Below are positions 46,526 to 57,130 of a DNA stretch of 64,000 nt, one piece after another. This stretch comes from an uncultured Gemmatimonadaceae bacterium (GTDB lineage Bacteria > Gemmatimonadota > Gemmatimonadetes > Gemmatimonadales > Gemmatimonadaceae). Positions within the stretch are counted from its first letter, which is position 1. Each line of letters opens with the position of its first letter. The notes under the pieces were generated by a model that saw only the letters and a list, made by a program, of their open reading frames with translations, was not told the DNA's origin and did no database searches. The translations under genes were made by a program, and so were the position numbers. The DNA lies in the NCBI GenBank assembly GCA_963716745.1, contig OY970320.1, positions 1,280,001-1,344,000 of the forward strand. Direction: 5' to 3'.

Positions 46526-47845
46526 GTGATCCGCTGCGTCGCGCACGTCCTTATGGGCGCGATCCTTCTCGCGCCCGCGCTCGCCGCCCAGCAAGCCGAT
46601 TCCGCGCCCGCATCGCGCGCGCTCGCGTCGCCCCTCGATTCGCCGCCATTCCCGAATTCCGACTGGCTCGGCGGACCGGTGATCGGCGAGCCCGACGGCA
46701 CGCCCGACTATCCGATGCAGCGCGCGATCTTCGGCAATTCGCTGGACGCGAGCCGCTTCAAGATCTACGGCTGGGTGGACCTCTCGGCGAATGCGAGCAC
46801 CTCGAACAATTCGAACTCGCCGCTCACGCCGTCGATCGTCCCGAACAAGTTCGAACTCGAGCAACTCGTGCTGCGCATCGATCGCACGCCGAACACCGTG
46901 CAGACCGAGCGCGCGGATTGGGGATTCCACTTCACCGGCATGTACGGCATCGACTACCGCTACAGTACGGCGAAAGGCTGGTTGAGCGATCAGCTGCTGC
47001 AGCACAACGAGTTGTACGGCTTCGATCCCACCGAGCTGTACGCGGTGCTGTACCTCCCCCATCTCGCGCAGGGCACCGAGTTCAAGATCGGACGCTACAT
47101 CTCGCCCGCCGATCTCGACGATCCGTTCGCGAACGACAACTACCTGCTCACCCATCCCCTCACGATCTCCGTGGATCCGGTCACGTTCACGGGCGTCGAG
47201 GCGATCGTTCGCTTGAATCAGCAATGGGCGCTCACGCTCGGTGTCGATGCCGGCAGCGACATGGCTCCCTGGCAGAACTCCGCGCAGCTCAATGGACAAG
47301 CGTTGGTGCGATGGGTGTCGCTCAGCGGGAACGATGGCCTGTGGGGCGGCGTCAATTCCCTGGGCAGCGGCTATTTCACCAATGGGCACGACAATCTGCA
47401 ACAGGTGATCCTCACATGGGGGCACAAGTTCAACGGCACCCTCCACATGCAGACCGAGGCCTATTATCTCTGGCAATTCGATGGCGACAAGGGCGGCTCG
47501 TGCAACTATGGACCGGTAAAGCCGTTCGGCGGCGGTGGCGGGTGCGGGCCGCTCATTCCCGGGCGCAGCGACGCGATCGCCGCCGTGAATTACTTCGAGG
47601 TCCTGCTCTCACCCAAGAGCTACATCTCCCTGCGCACCGACTATCTGAACGATGTGCAGGGACAACGCACCGGCTACGCGACGCCGTACGGTTCGTTCAC
47701 CGCGGGGTGGGCACGCTGGCTCTGGCCGCTCGCGCTGCTGCGCGTCGAGGCGCGTCATGATGAAGCGTTCAGTGCCGCGCCGTACGACAACGGCACCGCG
47801 CGACAGCAGACCACGGGCTCGGTAGACCTCCTCGTTCGCTTCTGA
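46526..47845 (+). CDS. Outer-membrane beta-barrel porin (BBP2/DUF1597-like) downstream of kdpC
   Basis: Signal peptide, YGWVD, GIDYRY, C-terminal DLLVRF; starts 4 nt after kdpC. Confidence 0.75.
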   Translation: MIRCVAHVLMGAILLAPALAAQQADSAPASRALASPLDSPPFPNSDWLGGPVIGEPDGTPDYPMQRAIFGNSLDASRFKIYGWVDLSANASTSNNSNSPLTPSIVPNKFELEQLVLRIDRTPNTVQTERADWGFHFTGMYGIDYRYSTAKGWLSDQLLQHNELYGFDPTELYAVLYLPHLAQGTEFKIGRYISPADLDDPFANDNYLLTHPLTISVDPVTFTGVEAIVRLNQQWALTLGVDAGSDMAPWQNSAQLNGQALVRWVSLSGNDGLWGGVNSLGSGYFTNGHDNLQQVILTWGHKFNGTLHMQTEAYYLWQFDGDKGGSCNYGPVKPFGGGGGCGPLIPGRSDAIAAVNYFEVLLSPKSYISLRTDYLNDVQGQRTGYATPYGSFTAGWARWLWPLALLRVEARHDEAFSAAPYDNGTARQQTTGSVDLLVRF

Positions 47846-47898
47846 TCGCAGCGGCGCGAGGCGCTTGCGCCGCCGCCACCCGCGCGGCACCGTCATGC

Positions 47899-48483
47899 AT
47901 GTCCCGCGCAACGTGGTGCGGCGCCGCGCTCGTGCTGGCCGCCGCCTGTTCCGCTTCCGAGAGCACGCCCGCGCCGTCGCGGCATTATCGCGACGGCGGC
48001 ATCGCGTTCAACTATCCGGAGGGCTGGACCGCCACGCCGCGCACTCGTGCGGTGCCGACGCGATCGCTCATCGTCAAGTCCACGAGCGCCGCGCTCGTGA
48101 TCATCGACGTGAAGAGACCCGAGCGCGCGATGAGCTTGCGCGCCTACGCCGATTCGTTCGGCGCGCTCATGCGGTCGGCGACGCCCATAGGGAAGATGGG
48201 AACGTCATCATTCAGCAATATCCAGCACGTGGACGGCTTCGATATCCTGGTGGAGCACTTCACGCTGTCGCTGTTGAATGTGGACGTGCCGCACACCCGC
48301 ACGTACGGGCGCATGACCGGACCGGCCGGTGTCTGCTTCCTCACCTCGCAGACGGCGGACAATGAGAAGGAACAGTCGAGCGCCGGGTTCGAGGAGATCT
48401 TCGGAACGTTCGAGTGCGGCGCGCCTAATCCCGCCGACTCCGGCGCCGCCGCGACCGATTCCGCGCTGACCCACGCACACTGA
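47899..48483 (+). CDS. Hypothetical lipoprotein (PsbP-like FxYPxGW motif)
   Basis: Lipobox LAAAC; GIAFNYPEGW. Confidence 0.6.
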   Translation: MSRATWCGAALVLAAACSASESTPAPSRHYRDGGIAFNYPEGWTATPRTRAVPTRSLIVKSTSAALVIIDVKRPERAMSLRAYADSFGALMRSATPIGKMGTSSFSNIQHVDGFDILVEHFTLSLLNVDVPHTRTYGRMTGPAGVCFLTSQTADNEKEQSSAGFEEIFGTFECGAPNPADSGAAATDSALTHAH

Positions 48484-48486
48484 ACC

Positions 48487-49089
48487 ATGAAGCGATCGCC
48501 CGCGCCGCGCGCGTTCCGCAGTCGCCACGAATTCCGCGAGTGGCTCACCAAGCATCACGCCACGCACGATGAGTTGATCCTGCGGCTCTACAAGACCGCG
48601 CACGGGCATCGCGGCATGGGATACATCGACGCGGTAGATGAAGCGCTGTGCTTCGGCTGGATCGACGGCGTGAAACGCAGCCATGATGAGATCAGCTTCA
48701 CGCAGCGATTCACGCCGCGCAAACCGCGCAGTATCTGGAGCCGCGTCAACATCGGGAAGGTGGAGGCGCTGATCGCGAGCGGCCGCATGACGAAGCCGGG
48801 ACTCGATGCGTACGCGAAGCGCACGCCCGAACGCACCGGCATCTACGCCTTCGAGCGCGCGGCGCTGAAGTTCTCGCCGGCGTTCCTCAAGAGATTCAAA
48901 GCGAACCGCGCCGCATGGAAATACTTCCAGGCGCAGCCGCCGTGGTACCAGCGGCTCATGACATTCCGGATCATGAGTGCCAAGCTCCCGGAAACACGCG
49001 CAAGACGGCTCGAGCAGACGATCGCACATTCCGCCGCGGGCGAATGGATACCCGGGTTCCCGGCGCGAACCGCGAAGCAGACCAAGTGA
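48487..49089 (+). CDS. YdeI/OmpD-associated family protein
   Basis: FREWLTKHH, ALCFGWIDG, FTPRKPRSIWS, SAKLPETRARR. Confidence 0.85.
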   Translation: MKRSPAPRAFRSRHEFREWLTKHHATHDELILRLYKTAHGHRGMGYIDAVDEALCFGWIDGVKRSHDEISFTQRFTPRKPRSIWSRVNIGKVEALIASGRMTKPGLDAYAKRTPERTGIYAFERAALKFSPAFLKRFKANRAAWKYFQAQPPWYQRLMTFRIMSAKLPETRARRLEQTIAHSAAGEWIPGFPARTAKQTK

Positions 49090-49099
49090 GGTCCCGCCC

Positions 49100-49363
49100 A
49101 TGACCCAGCAGAAGCTGCTCATCACGCTCGCGATCGCGAACATCCCCGTCTACTTCATCGTCGGGAAGATCATGTTCAATGATCTCGACGGCGCGAAGGA
49201 GGCGTTCGGGTTTTGGTTCACGCCCATGTGGATCGAAGCGCTTCGCGGTGATGGAGAGACCGCCACGTGGTCGAACCTCAAGGTGTTCGTGTGGCTGTTC
49301 ATCTGCGGCGCGGCCGTCGCTACCGAGTATTTCGCGCTGGCGAAACACTATGTGACGGCGTGA
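49100..49363 (+). CDS. Small hypothetical membrane protein
   Basis: GAGG RBS; two hydrophobic segments. Confidence 0.6.
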   Translation: MTQQKLLITLAIANIPVYFIVGKIMFNDLDGAKEAFGFWFTPMWIEALRGDGETATWSNLKVFVWLFICGAAVATEYFALAKHYVTA

Positions 49364-49368
49364 GCCGA

Positions 49369-49474
49369 ACCGCGAACAGCGGGACTGGTACCGCTGAGGG
49401 CGGGATTAGCGTTGGATGATGCTTCATCCAACGCCAATCCCGCCGTCAGCGGTACTAGTGCTGCCGTTCGCGGT
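49369..49474. repeat. Long hairpin (51-bp arms, 4-nt loop)
   Basis: 49369-49419 pairs with 49424-49474 with 6 mismatches. Confidence 0.88.
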
Positions 49475-49540
49475 GACCCGTCCTCTGAAACCTTGCCCCC
49501 GACTTTTCGTCTCGTTCTCAGTCATTTCTCCAGGATCCCG

Positions 49541-50410
49541 ATGCTCTCGATCGAATCGGTCACCAAGAAATTCCGAGGCGGCGTCACCGCCGTCGATTCC
49601 CTCTCGCTCTCCCTCGAGAGCGGCGTCCTCGGCCTGCTCGGCCCCAACGGCGCGGGCAAGACCACGCTCATGCAGATGATCGCGACGATCACGCGCCCCA
49701 CTGCCGGCCGCATCACGTGGAACGGCGCCGATCTCGCCAACGACCCCGACGCGCTCCGCCTCAAGCTCGGCTACCTGCCCCAGGACTTCGGCGTCTACGA
49801 CAATCTCACCGCGCTCGAATTCCTCACCTATTTCGCGTCGCTCAAGGGCGTCACCAGCAAAACGCGCATCATGGAGATGCTCGAGCTCGTGAACCTGCAC
49901 ACGGTGGCGCACCGTTCCGCCGGCGCGTTCTCCGGCGGAATGAAGCAGCGGCTCGGCATCGCGCAGGCGCTCGTGAACGATCCCGACGTCGTGATCGTCG
50001 ACGAACCCACCGCCGGCCTCGACCCCGAGGAGCGCGTGCGATTCCGGAATATCCTCTCCGACATCGGCTTCGGGAAACTCGTGATCCTCTCGACGCACAT
50101 CGTGACCGACATCGAGTCGATCGCCACGAGCATCGCCGTCATGAAACACGGCAAGCTGGTGAGCCACGCGTCGCCCGAAGCGATGCTGCAGAGCGCGGCG
50201 GGCTCGGTGTGGCAGGCGGTGCTCAGCTCCGAACGATTCGCCGCCGAGCGCGCGAAGTTCCGCGTGTCGCACGCGGTGCGGAAACCCGATGGCGTGCATG
50301 TGCGCGTCGTGCAGCGCGCCCGCCCTTGGCCGGACGCCCAGCCCGCCGAGCCCGATCTCGAGGACGCGTTCCTCTACGCGATGGATCCCGAGCCGGCCGC
50401 CGCCGCGTGA
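49541..50410 (+). CDS. ABC transporter ATP-binding protein
   Basis: GPNGAGKTT, FSGGMKQR, VDEPTAGLD, STH. Confidence 0.93.
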   Translation: MLSIESVTKKFRGGVTAVDSLSLSLESGVLGLLGPNGAGKTTLMQMIATITRPTAGRITWNGADLANDPDALRLKLGYLPQDFGVYDNLTALEFLTYFASLKGVTSKTRIMEMLELVNLHTVAHRSAGAFSGGMKQRLGIAQALVNDPDVVIVDEPTAGLDPEERVRFRNILSDIGFGKLVILSTHIVTDIESIATSIAVMKHGKLVSHASPEAMLQSAAGSVWQAVLSSERFAAERAKFRVSHAVRKPDGVHVRVVQRARPWPDAQPAEPDLEDAFLYAMDPEPAAAA

Positions 50411-51993
50411 TGCAGCTCGCCCGGATCCGCTCAGTCGTGAAGGCCGACGTGATGATCCGCGTCCGCCGGCCGTCGTCCATCGCGGTATTCCTGTTCCTCT
50501 GCTTCCTCGCGTACATCGTGGTGCCGCCGGTGTCGTCGGGGCGCACGCTCATGCAGGTCGAGGGGCATCGCGCGCTGCTCACGTCGAGCACGATCGCGCT
50601 CGCCACCGCGGGCTTCGTCGCGATCCTGCTCGGCATGCTCGGCTTCTATCTCGTGAGCAACACGATCCGCCGCGACGCGCTCACGCGTACCGGAAGCGTG
50701 ATCGCCGCGATGCCGGTCACGAATGCCGAATATCTCGTCGGGAAATTCCTCGGCAACGCGAGCTTCCTGGGACTCGTCGTGCTCGGCTGCATGCTGAACG
50801 TCATGGTCATGCACCTGCTGCGCGCGGAGGGGCCGCTCGAACCGCTCGTCTATCTCTCGACGTACATCGGGATGTGCGGCCCGCTGGTGCTCGTCGTGTC
50901 CGCGATCGCGCTGCTGTTCGAGTGCGTGCGCCCGCTCTCGGGGCGCGTGGGCGACGTGCTGTATTTCTTCATCTGGATCTTCATGATCGCGGTCGCGGGC
51001 ATCGGCGGCGCGCAGGCACAGGCGCAGGGGAATGCCGGCCTGCCGGCCGCGGCGTACTACGACGTGATCGGCATGCTCTTCATGATCACGCAGGCGGGCG
51101 GCGGCGGGCGAGCGAGCCACCTGGAGATCGGCGGCGCGCCCTTCGATCCGGCGCAGGCGCCGTGGACCTTCCCCGGCATCCACTGGAGCGCGCCCGTCAT
51201 CGCGAGCCGATTGACGAGCGCGCTCGTCGCGCTGCCCATCCTGCTCGTGGCCTGGGTGTTCTTCGCGCGCTTCGATCCGGCCAAGATGAAAATGGAAGTG
51301 CAGCACGCGAAGACCAATCTCTTCGCACAGCTCAACCGCGTGCTCAAGCCGCTCACGCGCATCGTGCTCGGGCTCCTCGCGCCGCGCCCCGGCGCGCGCC
51401 CCGGACTCGGCCGCATCGCGCGCAGCGAGCTGGCGCTCACCTTCATGCTGTCGCCGATCGCGCTCGCGCTGTTCATCGTGCTCTCGCTCATGGCCGCCAC
51501 CGCGTCGCTCCCCACCCTGCTCGACAAGACGCTGCCGCTCATCTTCCTCGGCATCCTCATCGCAATCGCCGACATCGCCACGCGCGATGCCGCGTCCGGC
51601 ACCACGGCGCTGCTCTATAGCATGCCGAAGGTGAAGCAGGACTACGTCGCGGCGAAGTTCATCGCCGCGTCGCTCACGGCCATCGCCTTCGTGATCGTGC
51701 CGCTCGTGCGCCTCGCGATCGCGAACCCCGCCTCCGCGGTCTCGCTCGTGATCGGCGCGATCTTCACGGCGTCGCTCGCGGTGACACTCGGGATCGTCAC
51801 CGGCAGCGGCAAGGCGTTCGCGGGATTCTTCCTGCTCTTCCTCTACCTCGCGAACAGCGCGCGCGGTGCGCCTGAATTCGACTTCGCCGGCTGGAGCGGC
51901 GCCGCCACCAATGGCGTGCGCATCGGATATCTTATCATCAGCATGCTCCTCGTCGCCGCCGCCGTGACCCGTCAACGCCTTCGCCCCGCATGA
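50410..51993 (+). CDS. ABC-2-type permease
   Basis: Many TM helices, YLVGKFLG motif; coupled to the ATPase. Confidence 0.82.
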   Translation: MQLARIRSVVKADVMIRVRRPSSIAVFLFLCFLAYIVVPPVSSGRTLMQVEGHRALLTSSTIALATAGFVAILLGMLGFYLVSNTIRRDALTRTGSVIAAMPVTNAEYLVGKFLGNASFLGLVVLGCMLNVMVMHLLRAEGPLEPLVYLSTYIGMCGPLVLVVSAIALLFECVRPLSGRVGDVLYFFIWIFMIAVAGIGGAQAQAQGNAGLPAAAYYDVIGMLFMITQAGGGGRASHLEIGGAPFDPAQAPWTFPGIHWSAPVIASRLTSALVALPILLVAWVFFARFDPAKMKMEVQHAKTNLFAQLNRVLKPLTRIVLGLLAPRPGARPGLGRIARSELALTFMLSPIALALFIVLSLMAATASLPTLLDKTLPLIFLGILIAIADIATRDAASGTTALLYSMPKVKQDYVAAKFIAASLTAIAFVIVPLVRLAIANPASAVSLVIGAIFTASLAVTLGIVTGSGKAFAGFFLLFLYLANSARGAPEFDFAGWSGAATNGVRIGYLIISMLLVAAAVTRQRLRPA

Positions 51994-52433
51994 CCAACGA
52001 ACCCGTGGTCACCGGAGCGCCGCTCGGCCGCGCCGGCCGCATCGCCCTCGTCGGCGGCGGCCTCATGGTCGCCAGCGGCATCTTCGGCGCGATCCTCGGC
52101 ACCGCGTTCTTCACCGCGGGCGTCGCGATCGTGATGCACACCTTCAGTTGGAGCGCGGTGGCCTGGGGCGCCGAGCGCGGCGCCGTGATCGGCGGCATCG
52201 TCGCGCCGCTGGGCGCATGGGCCTTCCTTCGACGCGTCCCTCTAGGCCTCGCGATCCCCGGCCTCACCGTCGGCACCATCATCGGCGGCACGATCGGCTC
52301 CCTCGCCCCTCATTCGCAACTCGGCGTATGGCAGACGGCAGCGGCATCGTTGGTGGGTTTTGTCATCGCCGCCCTCGTGCTCCGTCTGCGCAGCAGTCCA
52401 GAAGCAAACGCGAGTGAGACGAGTGAGAAGTAG
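51990..52433 (+). CDS. Hypothetical Gly-rich membrane protein
   Basis: ATGA overlap; four hydrophobic segments. Confidence 0.6.
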   Translation: MTNEPVVTGAPLGRAGRIALVGGGLMVASGIFGAILGTAFFTAGVAIVMHTFSWSAVAWGAERGAVIGGIVAPLGAWAFLRRVPLGLAIPGLTVGTIIGGTIGSLAPHSQLGVWQTAAASLVGFVIAALVLRLRSSPEANASETSEK

Positions 52434-52472
52434 TTGCAGTCTAACGTCTAGGTCTAACGTCTAAGTCTGCAG
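52434..52472. repeat. Short TCTAACG/TCTAGG tandem motif
   Basis: TTGCAGTCTAACGTCTAGGTCTAACGTCTAAGTCT directly after a stop codon. Confidence 0.65.
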
Positions 52473-52548
52473 TGCCGACTCGGTCTTTCGGAATCGCACC
52501 TGAAGCCCCACTGTTGTAGGAGCATCCCCCCCAACAGGAGGCCCTCCG

Positions 52549-52845
52549 ATGCAGCAGCGGATCCGGCGGTTCGATGTGATGTCAGTGGCCATGACGATGG
52601 GAGCGCTCTACTTCTTCCTGGGCATCATCATCGCGATCTGCGCGTGGCTCTTCCTGGGCGCGATCAGAGGGATGATGGGCAACATGAGCGGCGCCTCGGG
52701 CGGAGGCATGATGGGCGGGGCGATGGGCATCATCATCGCGCCCATCCTGTACGGCATCATCGGCGTCGTGTTCGGCGCGATCGCGGCGTTCTTCTACAAC
52801 ATCGTCGCCGGCTGGACCGGCGGCGTCGGGATGGAGTTGGAGTAA
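52549..52845 (+). CDS. DUF3566-like small membrane protein
   Basis: AGGAGG RBS; IRRFDVMSVA...APILYG...YNIVAGWTGG. Confidence 0.72.
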   Translation: MQQRIRRFDVMSVAMTMGALYFFLGIIIAICAWLFLGAIRGMMGNMSGASGGGMMGGAMGIIIAPILYGIIGVVFGAIAAFFYNIVAGWTGGVGMELE

Positions 52846-52867
52846 TCCTCCAAAGGCCGCCGACCCG

Positions 52868-55523
52868 TTACTCGTTCCTCAGCGCCACCAGAGGATCGAT
52901 GCGGGTCGCGCGGCGCGCCGGCAGATAGCTCGCGCACAGCGCGACGACGATCAGTCCCACGCTCACCGCGCCGAACGTCAGCGGATCCGTCGCGCCGACT
53001 CCGTACAACATCGATCCGATCGCCCCCGTGAGCGCGAGTGCGCCGAGCAGTCCCGCGCCGGCGCCTACGAGCGCCACGGTGAGTCCCTGCCGCACGATCA
53101 TGCCGCGCAGCTCGCCCTGTCCCGCGCCGAGCGCCATGCGGATGCCGATCTCGTGCGTGCGCCGCGTGACGCCGTAGCTGATCACGCTGTAGATCCCGAT
53201 CGCCGCGAGCGCGAGCGCCACGCCGGCGAAGGTCACGAGCAGCAGGAGATTGAATCGCGCGCCGGCATTCGCGCGCGTCGACCACGTGGTCCATCGTCTG
53301 CACTTCGGACACCGGCACGTTCGCATCGATGTCGCTCACCGCGTGCCGCATCTGCCGCGTGAGCGCCGCCGCGTCGCCGTCGGTGCGCGCGACGAAGGTG
53401 AGATACGCCACCCATGAGTTCTTGCTCTCGATGAACATCTTCGTCTGGAAGAACGGCACGTAGAGTTCCGGCGCCGGCTTCGCGGTCCAATCGAGCTGCA
53501 CGGCGTTCTTCACGACGCCCACCACCGTGAGCCACGCCGCGGTATCGCGGTCGGTCGCGAGCGTGATACGCTTCCCGATCGGATCCTCACCGGGCCAGTT
53601 GAGCCGCGCGAGTGCTTCGTTCACGATCACCACGCTCGGCGCGTCCAGCCGGTCGGCCGCGGTGAAGTCGCGTCCTGTTACCAACGGCAGCGACATCGTC
53701 TTGAAATAGTCCGGCATCACCACGCGGAACGTCGCGTGCAGCGCTTCGCCCGGCTTCGGCTCCGGTTTCCCCTCGGGGCGATAGGGCAGCCCCCACATGT
53801 CGCCCGCGACCGGCAGATGATTGATCGCGCTCACCGAGCGCACGCCCGGCAACGCACTCACGCGCTGGATGATGTCATTGTAGAACGCGGTGCGCCGTCC
53901 GGCTTCTTCCTCCTTGCTGCCCGCAACGGACACCACCATCGTCGCGACTCCCTTCGGCGCCCAGCCCGAATCCACGTTCTGCAGCGCGCGGAAGCTGCGG
54001 ATCATGAGTCCCGCGCCCACGAGCAGCATGAGCGCGAGCGCGAACTCGCTGGCCACGAGCGCGCTGCGCAGTTGCGAGCGGTGTACTCCTTCGCTCGATC
54101 CGCGCGAGCCATCGCGCAGCGCGTCGTTCAGGTCGCGCATGCCGCTCTGCATCGCGGGCACGAGCGCGAAGAGCACGCTCGTCGCGATCGAGACCGCGAG
54201 CGCGAAGAGCAGAACGCGCCCATCGAGATCCACGGTACCGACTCGGGGCAAACGCTCCGGACTCTGCGCGATGAGTACGCGCACGCCGATCGCGGCCACG
54301 CCAATGCCGGCCAATCCGCCGCAGAGCGCGAGCACGGTGCTCTCGGTGAGCAACTGCCGCAGAAGGCGAACGCGCCCCGCGCCGAGTGCACTGCGCACCG
54401 CCATTTCGCGATACCGCGACGTCGCGCGCGCGAGCAGCATGTGCGCGACGTTCGCGCACGCGATGAGCAGCACGAACCCCACAGCGCCCAGCAACACTAT
54501 CAGCGTGCTTCGCACATTGCCGACCACCACTTCGGTGAGCGACCGCACGTTCACGTCGCGGTTGGTGCCCGGATATTGCTGCTCGAGCCGCCCCGTGATC
54601 GTGGTCATCTCGGCCTGCGACTGCGCGAGCGTCACGCCGTCTTTCAGCCGCGCGAAGACGCGCAGCGACTGCCAACCGCGGTTGGTCTCCTTGCCGGTGA
54701 GATCCAGCGGCACCCAAAGCTCGGTGAAGATCGCCCAGAACGGTGCGAAGTGGAAACTCTCCGGCATCACGCCCACGATCGTGTACTTGGAGCCATCGAG
54801 CGTGAGCGTGTGACCCACGGCGTCAGCGCGGCCGCCGAGCCGGCGCTGCCAGAACCCGTAACTCACCACGACTTCGTGATCCTTGCCCGGTGCGCCCGCG
54901 TCCGCTGCCAGCACGCGTCCGTGCAGCGGCGCGACGCCCAGCATTGGGAACAGGCTCGGCGTCACGTGCAGCGCCCAGACTTTCTCGGGCTGATCGGTGT
55001 CGGTGAGGTTGGGACTCCAGTACTCGGCGGCACCCATGCCGGAGAAGACGTGGTTCTGTGCCTTCCAGTCGAGATAATTCCCCGGCGCCACCGCGTTCTC
55101 AGTGCCGTGGAAGAGCACCGTGAGCTGATCCGGCTTGTCATACGCGAGCGGACGCAGCAGCACCGCGTTCACGACGCTGAACACGGCCGTGGAGGCGCCA
55201 ATGCCGAGCGCCAGCGTGAAGATCGCGGCGAACGTGAAGCCCGGCGTGCGGCGCAGCGAACGGAGCGCGTAGCGCAGATCGCGCAGGATCGATTCCATGA
55301 GTTCTCCCGCGCGAATGTCGCGCACCTGTTCTTTCACATACTCGGCGCCGCCCACTTCGATCATCGCCGCGCGGCGCGCAGCATCGTGCGTGGCGCCCGC
55401 GCGAACTTTCTCGGCCGTGAGTAGTTCGACGTACGAGCACATCTCATCGTCGAGTTCGCGCTCGGCGCGACCACGGTGAACGAGATTCCGCCAGAAGCTC
55501 CGCAACGTGGAGTTGAGTGGCAT
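52868..55523 (-). CDS. ADOP-family duplicated MacB/FtsX permease (frameshift near 53280)
   Basis: ERELDDEM prefix domain, DLRYALRSL, LLIACANVA, RRTHEIGIRMALGA, PARRATRIDPLVALRNE. Confidence 0.9.
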
Positions 55524-55533
55524 ATCGAGCCTT

Positions 55534-55866
55534 TCAGGTAGTGCGGAGCGCCGCGGCGATCGCGATCGAGATGCGGCCCCAATCCTCCGTCTCCTCGCGC
55601 AGCTGCCGCTGCCCCGCCTTCGTGAGCCGGTAGTACTTGGCGCGCCGCTTGTTCTCGGATTCGCCCCAGCGCGCCGCGAGCCAGCCGGCCTCTTCCATGC
55701 GATGCAGCGCCGGGAAGAGCGATCCGGGCTTCACGTGGAAGGCGCCCTTGCTGATCTGCCCGATGCGGTTGGCCACGCCCAGCCCGTGCATCTCGCCCAG
55801 CACCAGGGTGCGGAGGATGAGCAGGTCGAGCGTGCCTTGGAGGAGTTTCGTGTTCGACGGGGCCAT
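55534..55866 (-). CDS. PadR-family regulator (acidobacterial type)
   Basis: LLQGTLDLLILRTL, GSLFPALHRME, SENKRRAKYY; GAGGA RBS. Confidence 0.92.
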   Translation of the reverse strand: MAPSNTKLLQGTLDLLILRTLVLGEMHGLGVANRIGQISKGAFHVKPGSLFPALHRMEEAGWLAARWGESENKRRAKYYRLTKAGQRQLREETEDWGRISIAIAAALRTT

Positions 55867-55875
55867 GTCGGTCCT

Positions 55876-55928
55876 CATATAGAGCGTCTATATGACATGT
55901 TAACTGCCCCCATATAGACTGTCAATAG
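55876..55928 (-). promoter_or_regulatory. padR promoter with two operator-like inverted repeats
   Basis: On the minus strand TTGACA(55925-55920)-17-TAACAT; CATATAGA-GCG-TCTATATG at 55876-55894 and a degenerate copy at 55911-55928. Confidence 0.8.
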
Positions 55929-56011
55929 GAGCAGCTAAGGGGTAGACACCGGGAACACCGGGATGGTTGCTGGCGGCTTGCGTGCCTCTTAGCGGTTAGG
56001 CAGACTCCGGA

Positions 56012-56528
56012 ATGCCCGACCTCATCCGCTCCTTCGAGTCCCTCTTCCACCAGTGCAAGTCGTCCGCCGAGAAGGCGCTCGACCAGTTGACCGACGATCA
56101 GCTCAACTCCCGCACCGCCGTCGGCAATTCGGTGGCTACGATCTGCTGGCACATCGCGGGCAACCTCGAGAGCCGCTTCACCGACTTCCTCACCAGCGAC
56201 GGCGAGAAACCCGGCCGCGACCGCGAGAGCGAGTTCGCCGAGCGCCGCGTCACGCGCGCGGAACTCAACGTGAAATGGGAGCACGCCTGGAAGACGCTCT
56301 TCGATTCCCTCGCCGGTCTCACCGATGCCCAGCGCCAGACGATGGTCACGATCCGCTCCGAGCCCTTCACCGTCGAAGGCGCGCTCCTTCGCGCGCTCGG
56401 CGCACGTGAGCCTGCACGTCGGCCAGATCATCGACCGCGCCCACATGCTCCGCGGCAACGACTGGAAATGGATCACGATCCCGCCGGGCCAGTCGGACGC
56501 CGTGAACGCCAAACTCATGAAGAAGTAG
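56012..56528 (+). CDS. DUF1572/DinB-like protein (frameshift near 56400)
   Basis: NSVATICWHIAGNLESRFTDFLTSDGEKP.RDRESEF; then HVSLHVGQII...WKWITIP in the +1 frame. Confidence 0.82.
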
Positions 56529-57073
56529 TGCCCCGCTACGCCGCCTTCCTGCGCGGAGTGAACATCAGCGGCCGCGTCGTGAAGATGGACGCGCTGCGCA
56601 AACACCTCGAGAAGCTCGGCCTCTCCGATGTCGAGACGGTCATCGCCAGTGGCAACGTGCTCTTCTCCTCCGCCAGCAAGAACGCCGTCGCACTCGAGAA
56701 GAAGATCCATCTTGGCCTTCACAAAGCGCTCGGCTATCCCGTCGCGATCTACGTGCGCACCGACGCCCAGATCGCCGCGCTGGCGGGGCACCGTCCCTTC
56801 GGCGACGCCAAGCACAAGGCGGCGAAAGTATTTCTCGTGGGATTCATCGCCGAGCCCCTGAGCAAGGACGCCGCACGCACGCTGCTCTCGCTCGCCGAAG
56901 GCACCGAGGAGCATCTGCACACGAAAGGCAGTGAGATCTTCTGGCTCTCCAAGAACGGCCAGAGCGTCTCCCCGCTCTTCCGCGTGCCCATCGAGAAGCG
57001 CATCGGCACGCTGATCACGTGGCGCAACATGAACACGGTCGAGCGCATCCACGCCAAATTCTCGGCACGCTGA
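56528..57073 (+). CDS. DUF1697 family protein
   Basis: YAAFLRGVNISG, VETVIASGNV, TWRNMNTV. Confidence 0.85.
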   Translation: MPRYAAFLRGVNISGRVVKMDALRKHLEKLGLSDVETVIASGNVLFSSASKNAVALEKKIHLGLHKALGYPVAIYVRTDAQIAALAGHRPFGDAKHKAAKVFLVGFIAEPLSKDAARTLLSLAEGTEEHLHTKGSEIFWLSKNGQSVSPLFRVPIEKRIGTLITWRNMNTVERIHAKFSAR

Positions 57074-57130
57074 GCGACACTCGCGGCTCGCGCGCGCCGT
57101 AGGGATGCATGTCACTCCAACGGATTCGCT

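Noticed and set aside
56012..57073. DUF1572-DUF1697 fusion protein shown in the ORF track
   Set aside because: Artefact of the frameshift near 56400; the DUF1572 C-terminus ends at TAG 56528 and DUF1697 has its own GTG.
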